DNA from: Oikopleura dioica
Lineage: Eukaryota; Animalia; Chordata
DNA length: 64,000 nt
Reading direction: 5' to 3'
Assembly: GCA_907165135.1 (NCBI GenBank)
Contig: OU015568.1
Coordinates: 4,092,001-4,156,000 of the forward strand
Made by a program: the position numbers and the translations under genes. The number at the start of each line of letters is the position of its first letter. Position 1 is the stretch's first letter. The notes beneath the pieces are model-generated. The model made no database searches, was not told where the DNA came from, and saw only the letters and a list, made by a program, of their open reading frames with translations. Below, piece by piece: positions 35,253-48,300 of this stretch.

Positions 35253-37511
35253 CTAAATAGTTGGAAGCATTTGATTTTGTGTAAGATCCGCTGAGCTGCG
35301 CTCGTGAGGCAAGTGATTCGAAACTGAGGCGCTTTGGAAGAAGTGCTCGACTGAGTTGGAGTTTCCGACGAATTGGAGATCTGCGTAGCCCATATGACTC
35401 TGAAGAAAAGCTGTTAGTTCGGAAAATCCTTATTCTATAAAGAAGATGAAACGAGACCGCGAATTGTCGGAAATAATCGAACAAAATGCGCCACACTTTG
35501 AAAACTCCATTGAGCATAAACAGTTATCGCGAATCGTAAATATATATCGCTATGTTGTGGTTAACTGCGCAACCGCGGGTTATAAATATTGATTTTTTCG
35601 AAAAATCGGGCGATGGCGAGTTTCAAACCGGAAGTTGAAATTTAGCGGAATAGACGCCGGAAAGAAACGGTAATGAATTGTTTACCTGATTGGAGTAGTA
35701 AGATGTTGGAATTGAAGAATAGTCGTGCAGATGATTTTGTTGAGCTGAACGAAGAACTAGTTTTTGAATGAAAAATATTTACTTACAGGTAGAAGGTTCT
35801 ACGTGGGACGGATGGTGGATGAACATTTCTGAGTTGTCGGCTGAAATCGTCGAGTCTGGAGACTCATTGAAGGAAAGCGAGGTTTCGTAGTTTTGAGGAG
35901 ATCTTTTTGAAAGCTGAAAAACATATAAGAATTCATACTTATTCTTTTCATTCGAGGCTCGAATTTCGAGCTTATGATTAATCGTTCTTACCTCTTCTTC
36001 CTGAGGAGTCATTTCAAGCGTTGAATTTAATGTCGGGTTTCCACCACCATTCATCGGGGAAAGCGTGTTTTCCACTATGACTGTCTGGAAGATCCCGGAA
36101 GAAGGAGTTGGCGTGGCAGACGGGTAGACAGTTTCATCGTATGTTAGCGTTGGTTGTTGTTGGGAAACTTGGTGTTGTGCCTGATGCTGGTGTTGTTGAG
36201 ATACTTGGTGTTGATCTTGAATGTCACTGTAGCTTTGGGAGGTTCGCAGTGCTTCTTCGGACTCCTAGGAAGAAGGATTAACGATAAAATTCAAGATGTT
36301 CAAGAATTTCGATTCGAACAGTCAATGACGATCAAGCAGCTAGGACCTAGCTGCTAGGTCAATAAAATAGGACCATCAGGCCTGAAGAAACTGTATAAAA
36401 CTACCACCGTTTCCATCTATTTCGGGAGAGAAATAACTCCCCAGATGAGATCCCGGATGTTCTATCCTCGCTTTTCTCTTACCGGATCGATGAGTCCATG
36501 AATGGCGGGTGTGTAAGGATGGTAAGGCACACTCATAGGAGCCTTAATACAGAGTCTAGACTGGCGATGTCGATTCAGCGACGTATTCGATCGAAGCCGT
36601 TTTCCACAATCGGGGCACTGGTATCGGCCTGAACGCGGAAAGATGATGAAATATGTATTTTAGAGGAACAAGCTTACCAAAGGCGGAGTGCACATTTAAT
36701 TTATGACGGATAAGGTCGGACTTGCAAACGAAACCCTTTCCGCATTCGGGGCATTTTTCGTCTTTTTGGCCAAGATGTCGTTTGATGTGAATTTCTAAGT
36801 AGTCCGCTCTGCAGAATGTCTAAAAAGACGCTTGATAAAGGGTTGAAGTTGGATTTCCCACCTTTTCGCAATGTGGACATTTGAGATTTCCTTCCCTATG
36901 ATCCCTGTGGACCTTCAGATGTCGTCTGAGCAAGTGTTCTGTTTTGTATTCCTTTGAACATTCTGGCTCTGGGCACTTGAAAAGCTGACCTTCGTGAGTT
37001 TTCTGATGATGATACAGTCCTGAAAACAAGGTTGAATGCCTGTAAATTGGTTTTGATGGAAAAAAAAGGTCACCGATTTTGAAATAAAAAGAGGGAAAAG
37101 AATGAGCACCAAAAGTACCTGAGAACGAGCGAAACGATAGCCCGCACTCATTGCAACGGGCGACTGGAGTGTTTCCCCGGTTATAATCAGCTAAATTGGC
37201 AATTATTTATCAATTAGCGAAAATATTATTATTAAAAAATTTTTAGCTCGAAAACTGTCAATTTTGATTCTCTATTCTGGAGTCTTTCCCGTTCCTAGAA
37301 AATCTTTCAGTTCTTTGAAAATTTAGTCGATCTCGACGCTCAATTTAACGCCGTGGTCGGAAAATACGCGTGCACACAATTCTTTCCGGCTCTTACTCTT
37401 TGAGTTGCTGACTCTGACTTTGATCGTCTTTTTGACAATGACTGGTTTTCCGTCCTCATTGGAAATTGGAACTAGATAAATGTTGTTCTGTTCGACAAGT
37501 CTCTCACTCAT
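35253..37511 (-). CDS. C2H2 zinc-finger protein (about 5 fingers) with a Gln/Ser-rich C-terminus
   Basis: CNECGLSF...HQKTH, CPEPECSKEY...HLKVH, CPHCEK|TFCRADYLEIHIKRH, CPECGKGF...HKLNVH and CPDCGKRL...HRQ, joined by short introns. Confidence 0.85.
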
Positions 37512-37651
37512 ATCTATCTTTGGTTAAAAAATAATGCTGGAAATGCCGAAGAGATGGATCTATCGATCTTTATTTTTCTAAAAATGAGCCGGAAGATGGT
37601 GCTAGTGGGCGCCGGAAAATTCCATAATTTTTTAGAAACAGAAGTTGTCTT

Positions 37652-38264
37652 CTAGACACTCTCTCCTGTTATTAGAATAATGCTTACCTAGTCCGTCAAT
37701 GTCGTTATCCGAGTCGTGTTCTCTTTGATTGTGATTTTCGTTTATCATGCCAAAGTCTTGGTTGTTTCCGAGCTGGAGCTCGAACTCCGAGTATGGTGGA
37801 TTTTCGATCGGAACCGAGTACTGATCGACCTGGATGTAATCCGAAGGGTGGGTGAAATGGTCCTGTGGAGCATCTGTGTAGTAAGCATCCTTTCAAAGCG
37901 TATCAAAAAAGGGTAGCTCAAAGTAAAAAATAGAGTTAAAATTTCAAGCGTTATATCAACTAGTCATTGACAAAGAAGAAACCGTAAAATTTTAATAAAT
38001 AAGTTAAGTATAAAGGTTTTTTTTGACGAATAGACGAAAATTTAATATCTTCTCTCATAGAGATCGTAGATTCAACAATCTTCTCTAGATGCGTAAGTTT
38101 CTTTTGAAATGTCGAAGAAAAATCAATCCATTTTAGAATTTTGAAACACTTTCCTGGTTCTCGAAGGCGACTCCAAGTTTAATTTCTTGACCTCTGTGTG
38201 AGTAAATAATCTGATCTTGTTCCGTGCTCTGAGCGGTTGTATTTTGTCTTCTGGTCTCGATCAT
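37652..38264 (-). CDS. Hypothetical small acidic protein, multi-exon
   Basis: MIETRRQNTTAQSTEQ... first exon; an acidic exon (DAYYTDAPQD...DNDIDGL) with a gtaag donor and a short terminal exon. Middle junctions uncertain. Confidence 0.35.
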
Positions 38265-38762
38265 GGTTGATCACTGGCTTGGGCGCTGGTTGAGACCAGT
38301 GTACCAGATGGTAGTTTATATTATCTAACGTTTATCTGATCAAGGCGTCGAAAAAAGCCCCTTTCCTTTCTGACCTGGCTTTTTTCAGCGCTGAACCTGC
38401 GATTAGAAACGGAAAAGAAAAACGAACGCGCCCCCGCGCGGCAGCGAAAATAGCGCCGCGCGCGGATCGAAAAGGGTTGAAGGTATTGTCGTATTGATAG
38501 ACTCCTGCTGCGAAGTGTGGGGGTTATCAAAGCGAATATGGGATTAAGAAAGGTGGAGTTAAGTGTTTTGTGGCTTTTAAATTGATATTATTTCATTAAT
38601 TTTAAATGATTTTACTCAATCCTTTTCTTATTTGAAGACCTGGGCTAATTTTCAGATGAAAATTTCGTTCTGAAATCTGTAAGTTACAGTTTTTTCATAA
38701 GCTTATTTTTGAAAGACGAAGAAAAAATATTTTAGTGAAGAAAAAAATTTCAAAAACCTTAA

Positions 38763-38819
38763 GGGAGTCAGCCCGAAATCAAATTTTGAAATTTTCATTT
38801 CCACTTGACGGGGGGATCC
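38763..38819. mobile_element. 57-bp TTAA-flanked mini-derivative of the Kolobok-like MITE
   Basis: TTAA at 38759-38762 and 38820-38823. The right end TGACGGGGGGATCC matches the 8826-9160 element; the left end is a degenerate GGGA-GTCAGC. Confidence 0.55.
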
Positions 38820-39607
38820 TTAATAATCGCCAACAATTCAGGTTCAAGAAAAACTTATCGATGGAAGACTCTTTAACAACCTGAATTATCCTGTTGATTT
38901 TGTAAAAAAAATCAACCTAATTTGGTGGCCTCGCGAATCAAATGACACCTGACGCGTGTACAGACAAATTGAAATGAAAACATTCTAGCGTAAACAATTC
39001 ACACGATTCCATTCTCGCATCGAACTATTGCACCTGCGCAAATATACAGAATGAGAAAAAAACGCGTTGATTTTCTGTATTGTTAACGATTCTAAATAAA
39101 TTAATTCAAAAGTCGATCGAGATTTCGAGCGTTGATTTATTCTGTATCCACTTTTTTTCGCTTTTTGTTGGCCGGGTGAATTTTATTCTTTCATAAGTAC
39201 TAAAGTAACTAACGAGTTTGATTAGCAATTCAAATTCGAGGCTCATCGTTTCCTAGTCGAAGTTGGGAATTATCCGGGCTCCCTGGGGAGCAAAGATGCT
39301 GACAAATTACCATTATTATCCGACTTAGAGCGAATTTGATCGTATATGAAACTTTCGAAAAAAAATTTTGAAAAAATAAATTTAATAACTTCTTTTTATC
39401 CTTGTTTTAGCCAATCTTTTATGCAGTAAGAAATTAAGCTTATATTTCTCTAGAATAAAAGGTAAAAATTCAGAAGCCGAAAAATAATAAAAATTATGAG
39501 CTTTTCGCGGCTTTACTTTTCATTTACTCGAAGCCGCGAGCGGCTTCTCGACTTCTGACTTTAACTCATGAAAAAATCTGAATATAAGTTTTTGTCCTTG
39601 ATGAGGT

Positions 39608-40533
39608 CTAATCAATTCGATCGTTAATTAACATGTTTACTAAAAGGCGATTTCCGCCGCGCGCAAGCTCCATTGATTTCAAATTCAAATCCGCTAAAAA
39701 TCGACAAGTTAGGTGAGGCTCAAGCTCAAACTCCCCTGTTTGATTTTGCTGATCAAAGTGCTCCATGAAAATTCGAAGGTCCAAAAAGGTGACGGCGCTT
39801 GAATCGGATTCCGCCTTTGTTTGAGCCACTAATTTGCATGGCGATAATAATAATAAAGTGAAGAAAGAGGGAGACTAGAAACGAAGAAGTCTGGTGGAGT
39901 CGACTTTGTGTGTTTGGCTAGGGCCAGGGCTTCAATAAACAAAGATGCGGTTGAAGAAAGGGATCGTTGTTGGAGGGCGGATGATGATGAGGTTTCATGA
40001 TCTGGGGCGAGAGAAAAATTCTTTCTTTTGAATTATGAAAGAAATTTTTTTTTGTTAAATATCTCAACAAAATATTGAAAATGCAGAAATACGAAATGAA
40101 AAGAGGATAATTATGGTAATTTGTCATCCTTTTCGAGCAGCGGGGTGCCCGAATTTTGACACGATTTACCACAAAGGATCATCCTGTATTTTGAACGATT
40201 TTGAACGATTATTTTTTTCTTAATAATTCACAAATGGAAATTAACAATTTCTTTATTGATAATATGATTCACTGTGTTATTTATTCTGCCTCAAATTTAA
40301 TCAAATGGCACAGAATGTAGAACATGAATTGATCATTTATCGTCAAGTTGAGCAAGCTCGAAGCAAGAAATACTTTGGATAAAAATCTCTCGCGTTCCTG
40401 TGGCACCTGTCAAACATTGGCGACCCTGGCCCGTGCGGACGCGCGCTCGGGCTGCTTCTGTTTGTAAATTCGCGAAACCAAAGTTTTGATAAAGGCGATT
40501 GTTTACATCGCGATATCGAACGTCCATCGCCAT
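39608..40533 (-). CDS. Hypothetical three-exon protein
   Basis: ORF 40333..40533 can join ORF 39608..39829 in phase through a GA-AG intron (40002-40397), a middle exon and a 47-nt GT-AG intron. No family recognised. Confidence 0.35.
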
Positions 40534-40642
40534 TTTTGTAGAATCTCGGTGCTAAATTCTAGCGCTTTCGGGAGAAGAGAGGTCAAAGTTTTGTTTGACT
40601 TCCGGTCGAATCAACTTTTGGGCATCAGTTACAGTTTGAAAC

Positions 40643-41854
40643 ATGGTACAGTTTTGACAGAGTTTTCTTTGAAAAATATTTATCGATGTTGATTTTATTC
40701 CTGCTGTCTTAAGCATTCTCAAACCTGTCGCACAGAAAGGGTGGTATCTGACACTATCAGTGCGATTGTTAAGTATAATACAAACGGTATTGGTGAAAAT
40801 ATCTCACTCTCCAGAAAAATGAGTTCCGAAGTTGAGCAAAATTTTGTTCCTGTGAAATGGAACAAAAAGAGAGTTATTGGACTGTCTCTTTCTGGATTCG
40901 GTGAGATTAAGTTCTTCAATATTTCTAGTAAACCTAGAAGTGATCGTTTGCTGCCTTGTCGTTTCTGTGACGGTGCCTGTGGTAACAAATAATTCCAAAA
41001 CTACTTCGTCTTCTACCACGTCACCTTCCTCGTCACAAACTTCCTTCACATCTTTAACATCTGTGCTACCATCCTCAACACAAACTTCAATGACTAATGG
41101 TCAAATCACAACCAAATCAGGAGTAACAACACTTACGTCTACTTCGCTGACAACAACAACGACAAAACAACCATCAGGAGAAATGACCACGTCAACAGGA
41201 AAAGAAACTTCAACAACAACAACAGCACCAACGACGAAATCATTATTAACAACAATAAGCGCACCTGCGACAACAAAAACTGACATAACAACTGAACCAA
41301 TTTTTTATCCACGCCAAAAAGTTGGCACAATTTGTAGAGATGACAGTGGAACTTGTAATAATGTAAGTTTTGATTTTTCAATTTGTACACGTGAAAAAAT
41401 TTTAAGCGATTTATGATGATCGTTAATGTGATTGACTCAGTTTTGTACCTGAAAGTATGGGTTTATCATTTCAGGAAATTATAGCCTGTTATTTTTCGTA
41501 AACTCGGGAAAAGTTGGCGATGTCGATAGTGAACAAGAAATACAGGACTTCGTCATGATTGAGATCGAAAAGGGGATCTTTCATCTGGCCTCGGATAGCT
41601 TTGGCGAGCGTTTATTTGCGACAAGATTAGATAGTGATTTGGTCGGAATGAAACAAGAACCTCATGAGGATGACTATTTTTTTGATGACTACAAATGGAA
41701 GATTTCAATGAATGAAGGTGCATTTATAATTGTGCATTCTGCCAATGATGTTGGACTTTATGATGATAATCAGGACTTCATTGATTATATTCTTCTTGCT
41801 GAACACCCCAGTCAATGGATATTCAAAAGCAAAACTGAATGGATCCCTTTATAA
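40643..41854 (+). CDS. Type II membrane protein with a mucin-like Ser/Thr stalk and a globular C-terminal domain
   Basis: Spliced TM VIGLSLSGF|VNLEVIVCCLVVSVTVPVV, a Thr/Ser-rich tract of about 100 aa, then ICRDDSGTCNN and the ORF 41555..41854 exon. Confidence 0.6.
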
Positions 41855-42354
41855 TAAAACGTTTTGAACGTCTGTTTAAATATAACAAGGAAGTTTTTCT
41901 TATATATAAGTCGTGTTAGATTTATTATTATTGAAATAAGATAAATAGATTTATAATTTTGAGATCATTTTATTGTCAGTCAAAAATCATCTTTTTGATC
42001 GGGCAAGTGTTCAGCTATGTACAAGTATAAACAGTTCTTCGTATGAATAATTCTAAAGTTGCTGACTTTGAAGGCGACCCTTGAGAATTCCCAGTAGTTT
42101 CTCCATTCTAGCGACGAGTATTTCTGTACTGATGTTTTCATTTGTCAAGCTTCTTGTCTAAAAAACCATTAATTATAAATCTCCTCCATGATTTCATAAC
42201 GATCCCTTATTTCTAATAAGTTATTAGGTATTATGAGAAAACAAGAAAGTTTCTTTTTGCTAAAAGCCCTGAGAAAATCAAAAGCTGCTCGAGAAAACAC
42301 TATCTCGGTCAAAGCTACGAGTACTTTTCTCTCGTCCGGAGCGGCTGGGTTCCC

Positions 42355-45300
42355 TTAATTACCCCCCTGAAAGTGCCGAACATGTCCGTGACGTAATACT
42401 TAGACATTCAATATCCCCCTTATTGATAACCCAAAACAGCTTTCTCGCAATCAAAAAGTTCAAAAAACAAACTGAAAGAAACCAACCTCCTTGACTGAAC
42501 CACTAGGGACGGCTCTGAGGCGAATTCTGAAGCCCCGTTTGACAGCGACAGTGCCAGATTTGAAGTCGATACTCATTCTTTGATTCGAAGATGTGTAGCT
42601 GTGATATTGAAGGGCATTCTCAGCGATTCTTCCGCAGATTTTTGCGAGTTCTTTTTCATCCGAATCTTCAAAGATTATGAGGATGCACTTTTCAACCGAT
42701 TTTTTACCGTTGATGATAAGGTGAGATTTTGTGCACTCGTTCATGCTACTTCCTCCAATCCAGAAATCAACAACTTCGGCGAGAACCACATGACCCAGCG
42801 GAGCTTCGATGACCCAATCACACGCAGCGTTAGAATTGTACTTTGCTGGCCAGTTCATTGATCTGAAATAAGATTGGAAACTCGAGTCTCGGACAAATTA
42901 GGGGAGTCAAACGTGATGTGATGAACTTGATCGGGAAGAAGTTCCACAAATTTTTTGTCCCCACAGCGGCTTGGAATGTAGGGGATCGATTCGAAGCGCA
43001 GTTTGAAGCCTTGTTTTGAGTTTGACGATGATTTCGAAGAGTGCATGATGACAGAAGCTGATTTTCTCGCATAAACCTAAAATGATTACTTTTAAAATTT
43101 TGGAAACTGCTGATATGAAAACAGACTGAATCGACCTCTAGAAAACCTCGAAAAGGATCAACTAAAAGAATGGACCGGAAACAAACCTTGACAGGGGCTT
43201 TTCCGGAGGCTTTGCAAATGTTTGCCCTTATGACACGTTCATTTTCATCAAGCACAACCACGTAGTCGCTAGAAACAATATTCATTTTCAAAACTTGCCA
43301 AAACTCTTTCCCAACCTCGGGAGGGACACGCCATTGCCGAATCCTTTATCCTTGCAGTTTCCCATGCTGGCTCGTTTGAAGGTGATTTCGACGAATTGAT
43401 TTTCAGAAGCGGGCTCGATGTTCCATCGACAAGTGACTCCGTTTGGATATTCAGCGCCAATTTTCGCGATTGAGAGTTGACCTTCAAAATTTCAAATTAA
43501 TGAAATAAAGTCGAATTTTCTCGATGAAAAAAGGCCCGACCGAGATTTGAACTCGGGATCTCCTGATTACTAGTCAGGCGCTTTAACCAACTAAGCCATC
43601 GGGCCTGCCCCCCACAGTTTCTAGTGTTTGCTTCATCGTAAGCTTTTTCCTTACCCAAGAGTTTGTCGCTTCTTCCGCCGCAAGATTCAAAATCCTGAAG
43701 ATCAAGTTCAACCTGTTTCTGGACATTCAAGGAGGTGATGAATTCTGTCGGTTTAGCAGCAACAGGCGCCGACATTGTCGTTGAAGTCTTTGCCAGCTGG
43801 GTTTGAGAAATTTTCGTGGGCGAAGGTTCAATTGGTTTTTCCTGATTATTGCTGGATTGGGAACAAGTAAGGCCCCAATCAGAGCCGAAAATGGAAGCTT
43901 CGACTCTAGAAACTTTTGTTATCCAATCAATGAGAGCTTTTCGCGGCTTATTTTCACTGTAAGTTTTCCTGTGAAAATCGACGCCAGCTGCCAAGTACAA
44001 GGCCGACAAGATCAAAAGATCATCAAAAGCAAGCCGATCCTGTAACTCGAGCATAAACACCCGGATGAAGTGGATCGCCACACCCGATTCCCCAAGAAGT
44101 GATTCCATACAGCATCCAAGGCCCATTCTCCTCAACTTGGCAAGCCAAAGGCCCCCCAGAATCGCCCAAACAAGCATCGCGGCCTCCTTCCTTGTAGCCC
44201 GCACAAACCATTTGCGCAGAGAGCTGATCGTGGTAATCCGAGTGCATGTTCCAGCACGTGTTGTTCTCGATGAGCAAAAAACATGGATACAGACAATTTC
44301 TGACATTCAAACTTGTGCAACCAAAAAACTTTTGAACCAAAATTTGGTGCTGTAAAAATTTCTGATAAGACTGAAAATTAAAGTGCTTCATACACGTTCT
44401 TAATTTTGAGTGCTAAAAAAGCAAATTTTCTCAACGTCAAATCCTTTTTTAGTCGGATAAGCTCAAGATCAAAATTTTAACGAAAAAACGAGACTTCCGA
44501 AAACACCAAAATTAAATAAAATGAGACTCTTTTTCAAAAATTTTTTTGAGCCAACTTTTGAAAATGAAGTTAAAAATGTTATCTGTATCCATTCCTTGAG
44601 TCCAACCTCATTAAGCGCGTTTGGTGGGGGCGAGATTCCTGTTTTATCAGTAACTCCCCAGCCGGTGGCGGCGCATTTCGTCCCCTCTGGTAGACAAGCT
44701 TGTGCATCTGGCAGGCAGATTGGTTGTATTCTATCAGAAAACCTCAGCGGCTCACTCAGCTCAATTAAAGCGATGTCGTTGTTGTCCATGATTGGCACGC
44801 CGTAATCTTCGTGCGCTAGAATTACATCGTGAATGAGAGTTGATAAATGTCATGTAAAACGAGCTTATATGGCTAGAAGACACGCTCAGGCGCAAACATT
44901 GAATGTATTAGATAAGTTTGACAAAAGAACTTGGAACACAGTCAAATCATTACATTATGTTAATTTGAGATCAAGAAATGTCAATATTCAAAATTAAGAA
45001 AACTCGAAATCTCAGATCGAGAAGCCGCTTGCGGCTTCGAGCATGTTATAAAAAAGCCGCGCTTTGCGCGGCTTAAATATATATGTCGGCTCAAAGCCGC
45101 ATGCGGCTTCTCGATCTGATATATTTAGTCTTCTTGGCTAAAAAAAGATCAATTATTTTAGGGAGATGTCTGGAACAGACAAAAAAAATTTCGACAAAAT
45201 TTGCGTGGAAATTTTCAACCAATCAGAAACCTTGATTCGGTAGCCCGGCCAATCAGTAGCCGAGTAGCCGCCCACGCAAGATTTGTCGAAATTTTTTTGT

Positions 45301-48300
45301 CGGTTCCAGACACCATCCCATTATTTTGGTCCTTTTTGGATGCTCATGAGTCCAATTCGTTTTTTTTTTCTTTTTTTCTTTCCGAAATTAACCTTGAGCT
45401 CTTGAGCCCTCGAATAAAAATTCCGCCAAGTTGATTCTGTCCCAAGTGTTGGCTCTTGGGCGCAAAATCAGCTTAGAAAAACACTTTCGTCAGAATGAAA
45501 ATCACCCCCTTCTGGCTTCTTCTCTAAAAAGGCGAAATCCGGCGGATTATCCTTGAGATTGAGAAAAAATTTGACAGCGCGGAAAATTGCTGTTTTGCTC
45601 CCAAGTAGTGAGCTCACTCAAAATAATCGGATAATCGGGCCAGCTTATAGACCTTTTAGCGAGGCACATGTCACAATCATTTGGTAATAACCCAGAAACA
45701 AAATCGTTCAAAGAAATAAAGTTCAATCTTTATCGCTTTTTTACTTACTGATAACACGCTTGACTCTGTAGCGCCTGCTTCCAGTTGATGTTCTAACTTC
45801 ATGAACTCCAGGGAGGACGTAGGAACGTGACGGAATGACTCTAGAATAGACGAGTTAGAGCTCCGTTCAAGTCGGCAATAAGTGGGATTTACCGATAAGG
45901 AACACAATGAGCGGCTGTGATGATCCACTTTGAGTCTTCACGCGGGCTGATGGATTAACGATGGCAAAGTTCAAAATTATTAACAAAAATATTTCGCGGA
46001 AAAATTAAATATTCCTAGAAAATTATTGTTAAAAAAGAAAGCCCGTTCCTATTATTGAACCGCCACAATCATAGGACTGAGTTTTGCCACTCAATTTTAT
46101 GAAGACCTTTAAAGAGGTTACCAATTTAAGGGACCCTTTTAACGGCTTAGGGTTAAGTTAAGGGTTAAGTTAGGGCTTATTTTTTCTTACAATTATTATT
46201 AAAATAATTAATTATTATATTTTTTTCAATTTATTTTTTGTCATAATTTTCCGAGAAAAACTCTTTCTTATTTTTATCATTCTTCAATAAAAATAAGCTT
46301 TGATAACCTTAACCTGCCAGGGCCACGATCCAGGCACGGCTTCATGACCGCCAACCAACCGCTGCGAGTCCTTACTTGTAAGTGATTCTTCCGCTTTCTT
46401 GGCCTTGTTGAACCATTTTCGATCAAGTGACCCGTAAGATCGCTGACCGCTTGTTTCTGCTGAGGATTCTTCATTTGTAATTGGTGAGAACGATCGTCGT
46501 TTTCTAAAATATGAAAAATTCTAAGGCCTTTTTATCTTCTAAATTTTATTTTATCCACTTCAAAGAAGAAAATTCCAAGGTCATTTTTTCAAGAATTTAA
46601 TAAGAAGGCTTTTAGGTGGTTTTAGTTCAAGAGCTCAAGCGTGGTTAATTTCAGGTTTCATTAATTCGTTTGAGCTTGACTTGAGCGCTAGAATTTCCGT
46701 TTTTTCAATATTTTTAAAATTAGCCACGTTTCCTTCCGTAAATTCCAGCCGCTAAAAATTCAGCGAAAATTCCGAAATGTCAATATCCACCTTTTTCTGT
46801 GTTTTCCGCCTGTCAGATAAATTGCGACTTGAAAGATAAAAATTGCAACATTTGAAATTCAAGATTGATAAAACTTCAAATTTGTAAACTAGGAATTGAA
46901 AGTCGACTCGTCATGTCCGCCTGATTTATGATTGCGAATGTCAAATTATGCGCAACTTCGTAACAAACTATCTAATGGTCCATTAGTAATGGATGTAAAA
47001 AAGATCAGATACAATAGTTCAGCCTTTAGTATCATAACCGTATAATTGGCCATACTTTTGTAATTGTTTTGTTTTCATCAAAATTGTTCTTTTGTTCTTA
47101 AAACGAACTGTTTAAAAACAAAGGGAATACATCCATTGTCAATTGTGCATGTTTTCTTCATTTGATCAAGGTCAATGTATTTACTTTTTGTAAATAATTT
47201 CTTTTTCACTTCCTTTTTCATTCTGTCTTTTCATTTTCCTAGGCAAATAATTCTAGTATATAAGAAAAGAAGCAGGCTTTGTTCAAGTTAGTTAATTGAA
47301 AAATAATGCTTTGCTACTATTGCAATTTTTCGTCCACCTCAAGGCATGAGTCGAGATGCTTGAACTGTACATCTGCGTTTCTTAATGCTCCTTTTGAGAT
47401 ACTTCAAAGCTTGTTGGACAACAATGTTGATGCGATCGATATTGATTCGATCCACAACGTGTCCAACATCATTGAAGACGATCACGATTCGGTGCAGGAA
47501 GGAATAACTACTTCTAACGGAGAAGTTGATGAACACTTTTCCGGTGGAGAGAATTCTTCCCAATCACGGAATGTCTCCCGGAAAATCTTCGGATTAAACG
47601 ATCTCGTCTGGACCCACCGCTCAACTGTCGAAAACACTGTCTTTCGACGTGGACAGGCTCTCATGTCCGCCGAGGTCGAGGGACTCGTCATCGAGATCCG
47701 CTGTGCGACCGATGCACATCTTTCCTACATCCGACCAGTTCCCGGGACGCAGAAATTCGCGATCGCCATCAAGAAAAACTCACCCTGAGAACTCACAATT
47801 GATTGAATCTCCACATTCAAATTCGTTGAATAAGTTCTTGAGCCAAAAATACTTTTTAAAAATTTATTTCTTTATGTTTTGATTGTCTTCTTGTAAGAAA
47901 CTTTGAAAATATGAAAGGTGAAGGGCATGCCGCATGCCTGATTCGGAAGTGAATGGGAATTACCTGCTTGGCAGCTCGAAGAAAAGGTTCCATTGGTGGT
48001 GAACTCGGGGTCGACCGCATCTGGGACTCGCCGATTGGAATTCCTTAATTATTCAAATTTAAATCTTCCCCAATTATTTGCATTTTTTCGAGCGTCTTTT
48101 AGCCTTGAATTTGACTATTCATCGATTTCAAAATTCATTTACCGCCTTAGTACAAACGTCTAGATAAATTCATATTTTTGGCTCGAAATTTTTGATAAAA
48201 ATTTTTCATTTTGTTTATTTTGATTATTATAAAATTATTTTTTGAATAAAATACCTCGTTTTTCTGACTAGACTTTTATAACAGCCAAAAATTTACCTGG

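Noticed and set aside
41414-41452. Box C/D-like motifs (ATGATGA...CTGA) in an intron
   Set aside because: Only ~38 nt apart and without a terminal stem; too short for a snoRNA.
43606-43615. GG donor for the tRNA-containing intron
   Set aside because: A canonical GT donor (aac t|gtgggg) gives an in-frame Cys, so no non-canonical site is needed.
46146-46177. TTAGGG-like repeats (also ~1746-1770 and ~30798) as interstitial telomere
   Set aside because: Only 2-4 degenerate units; not distinguishable from low-complexity intron sequence.
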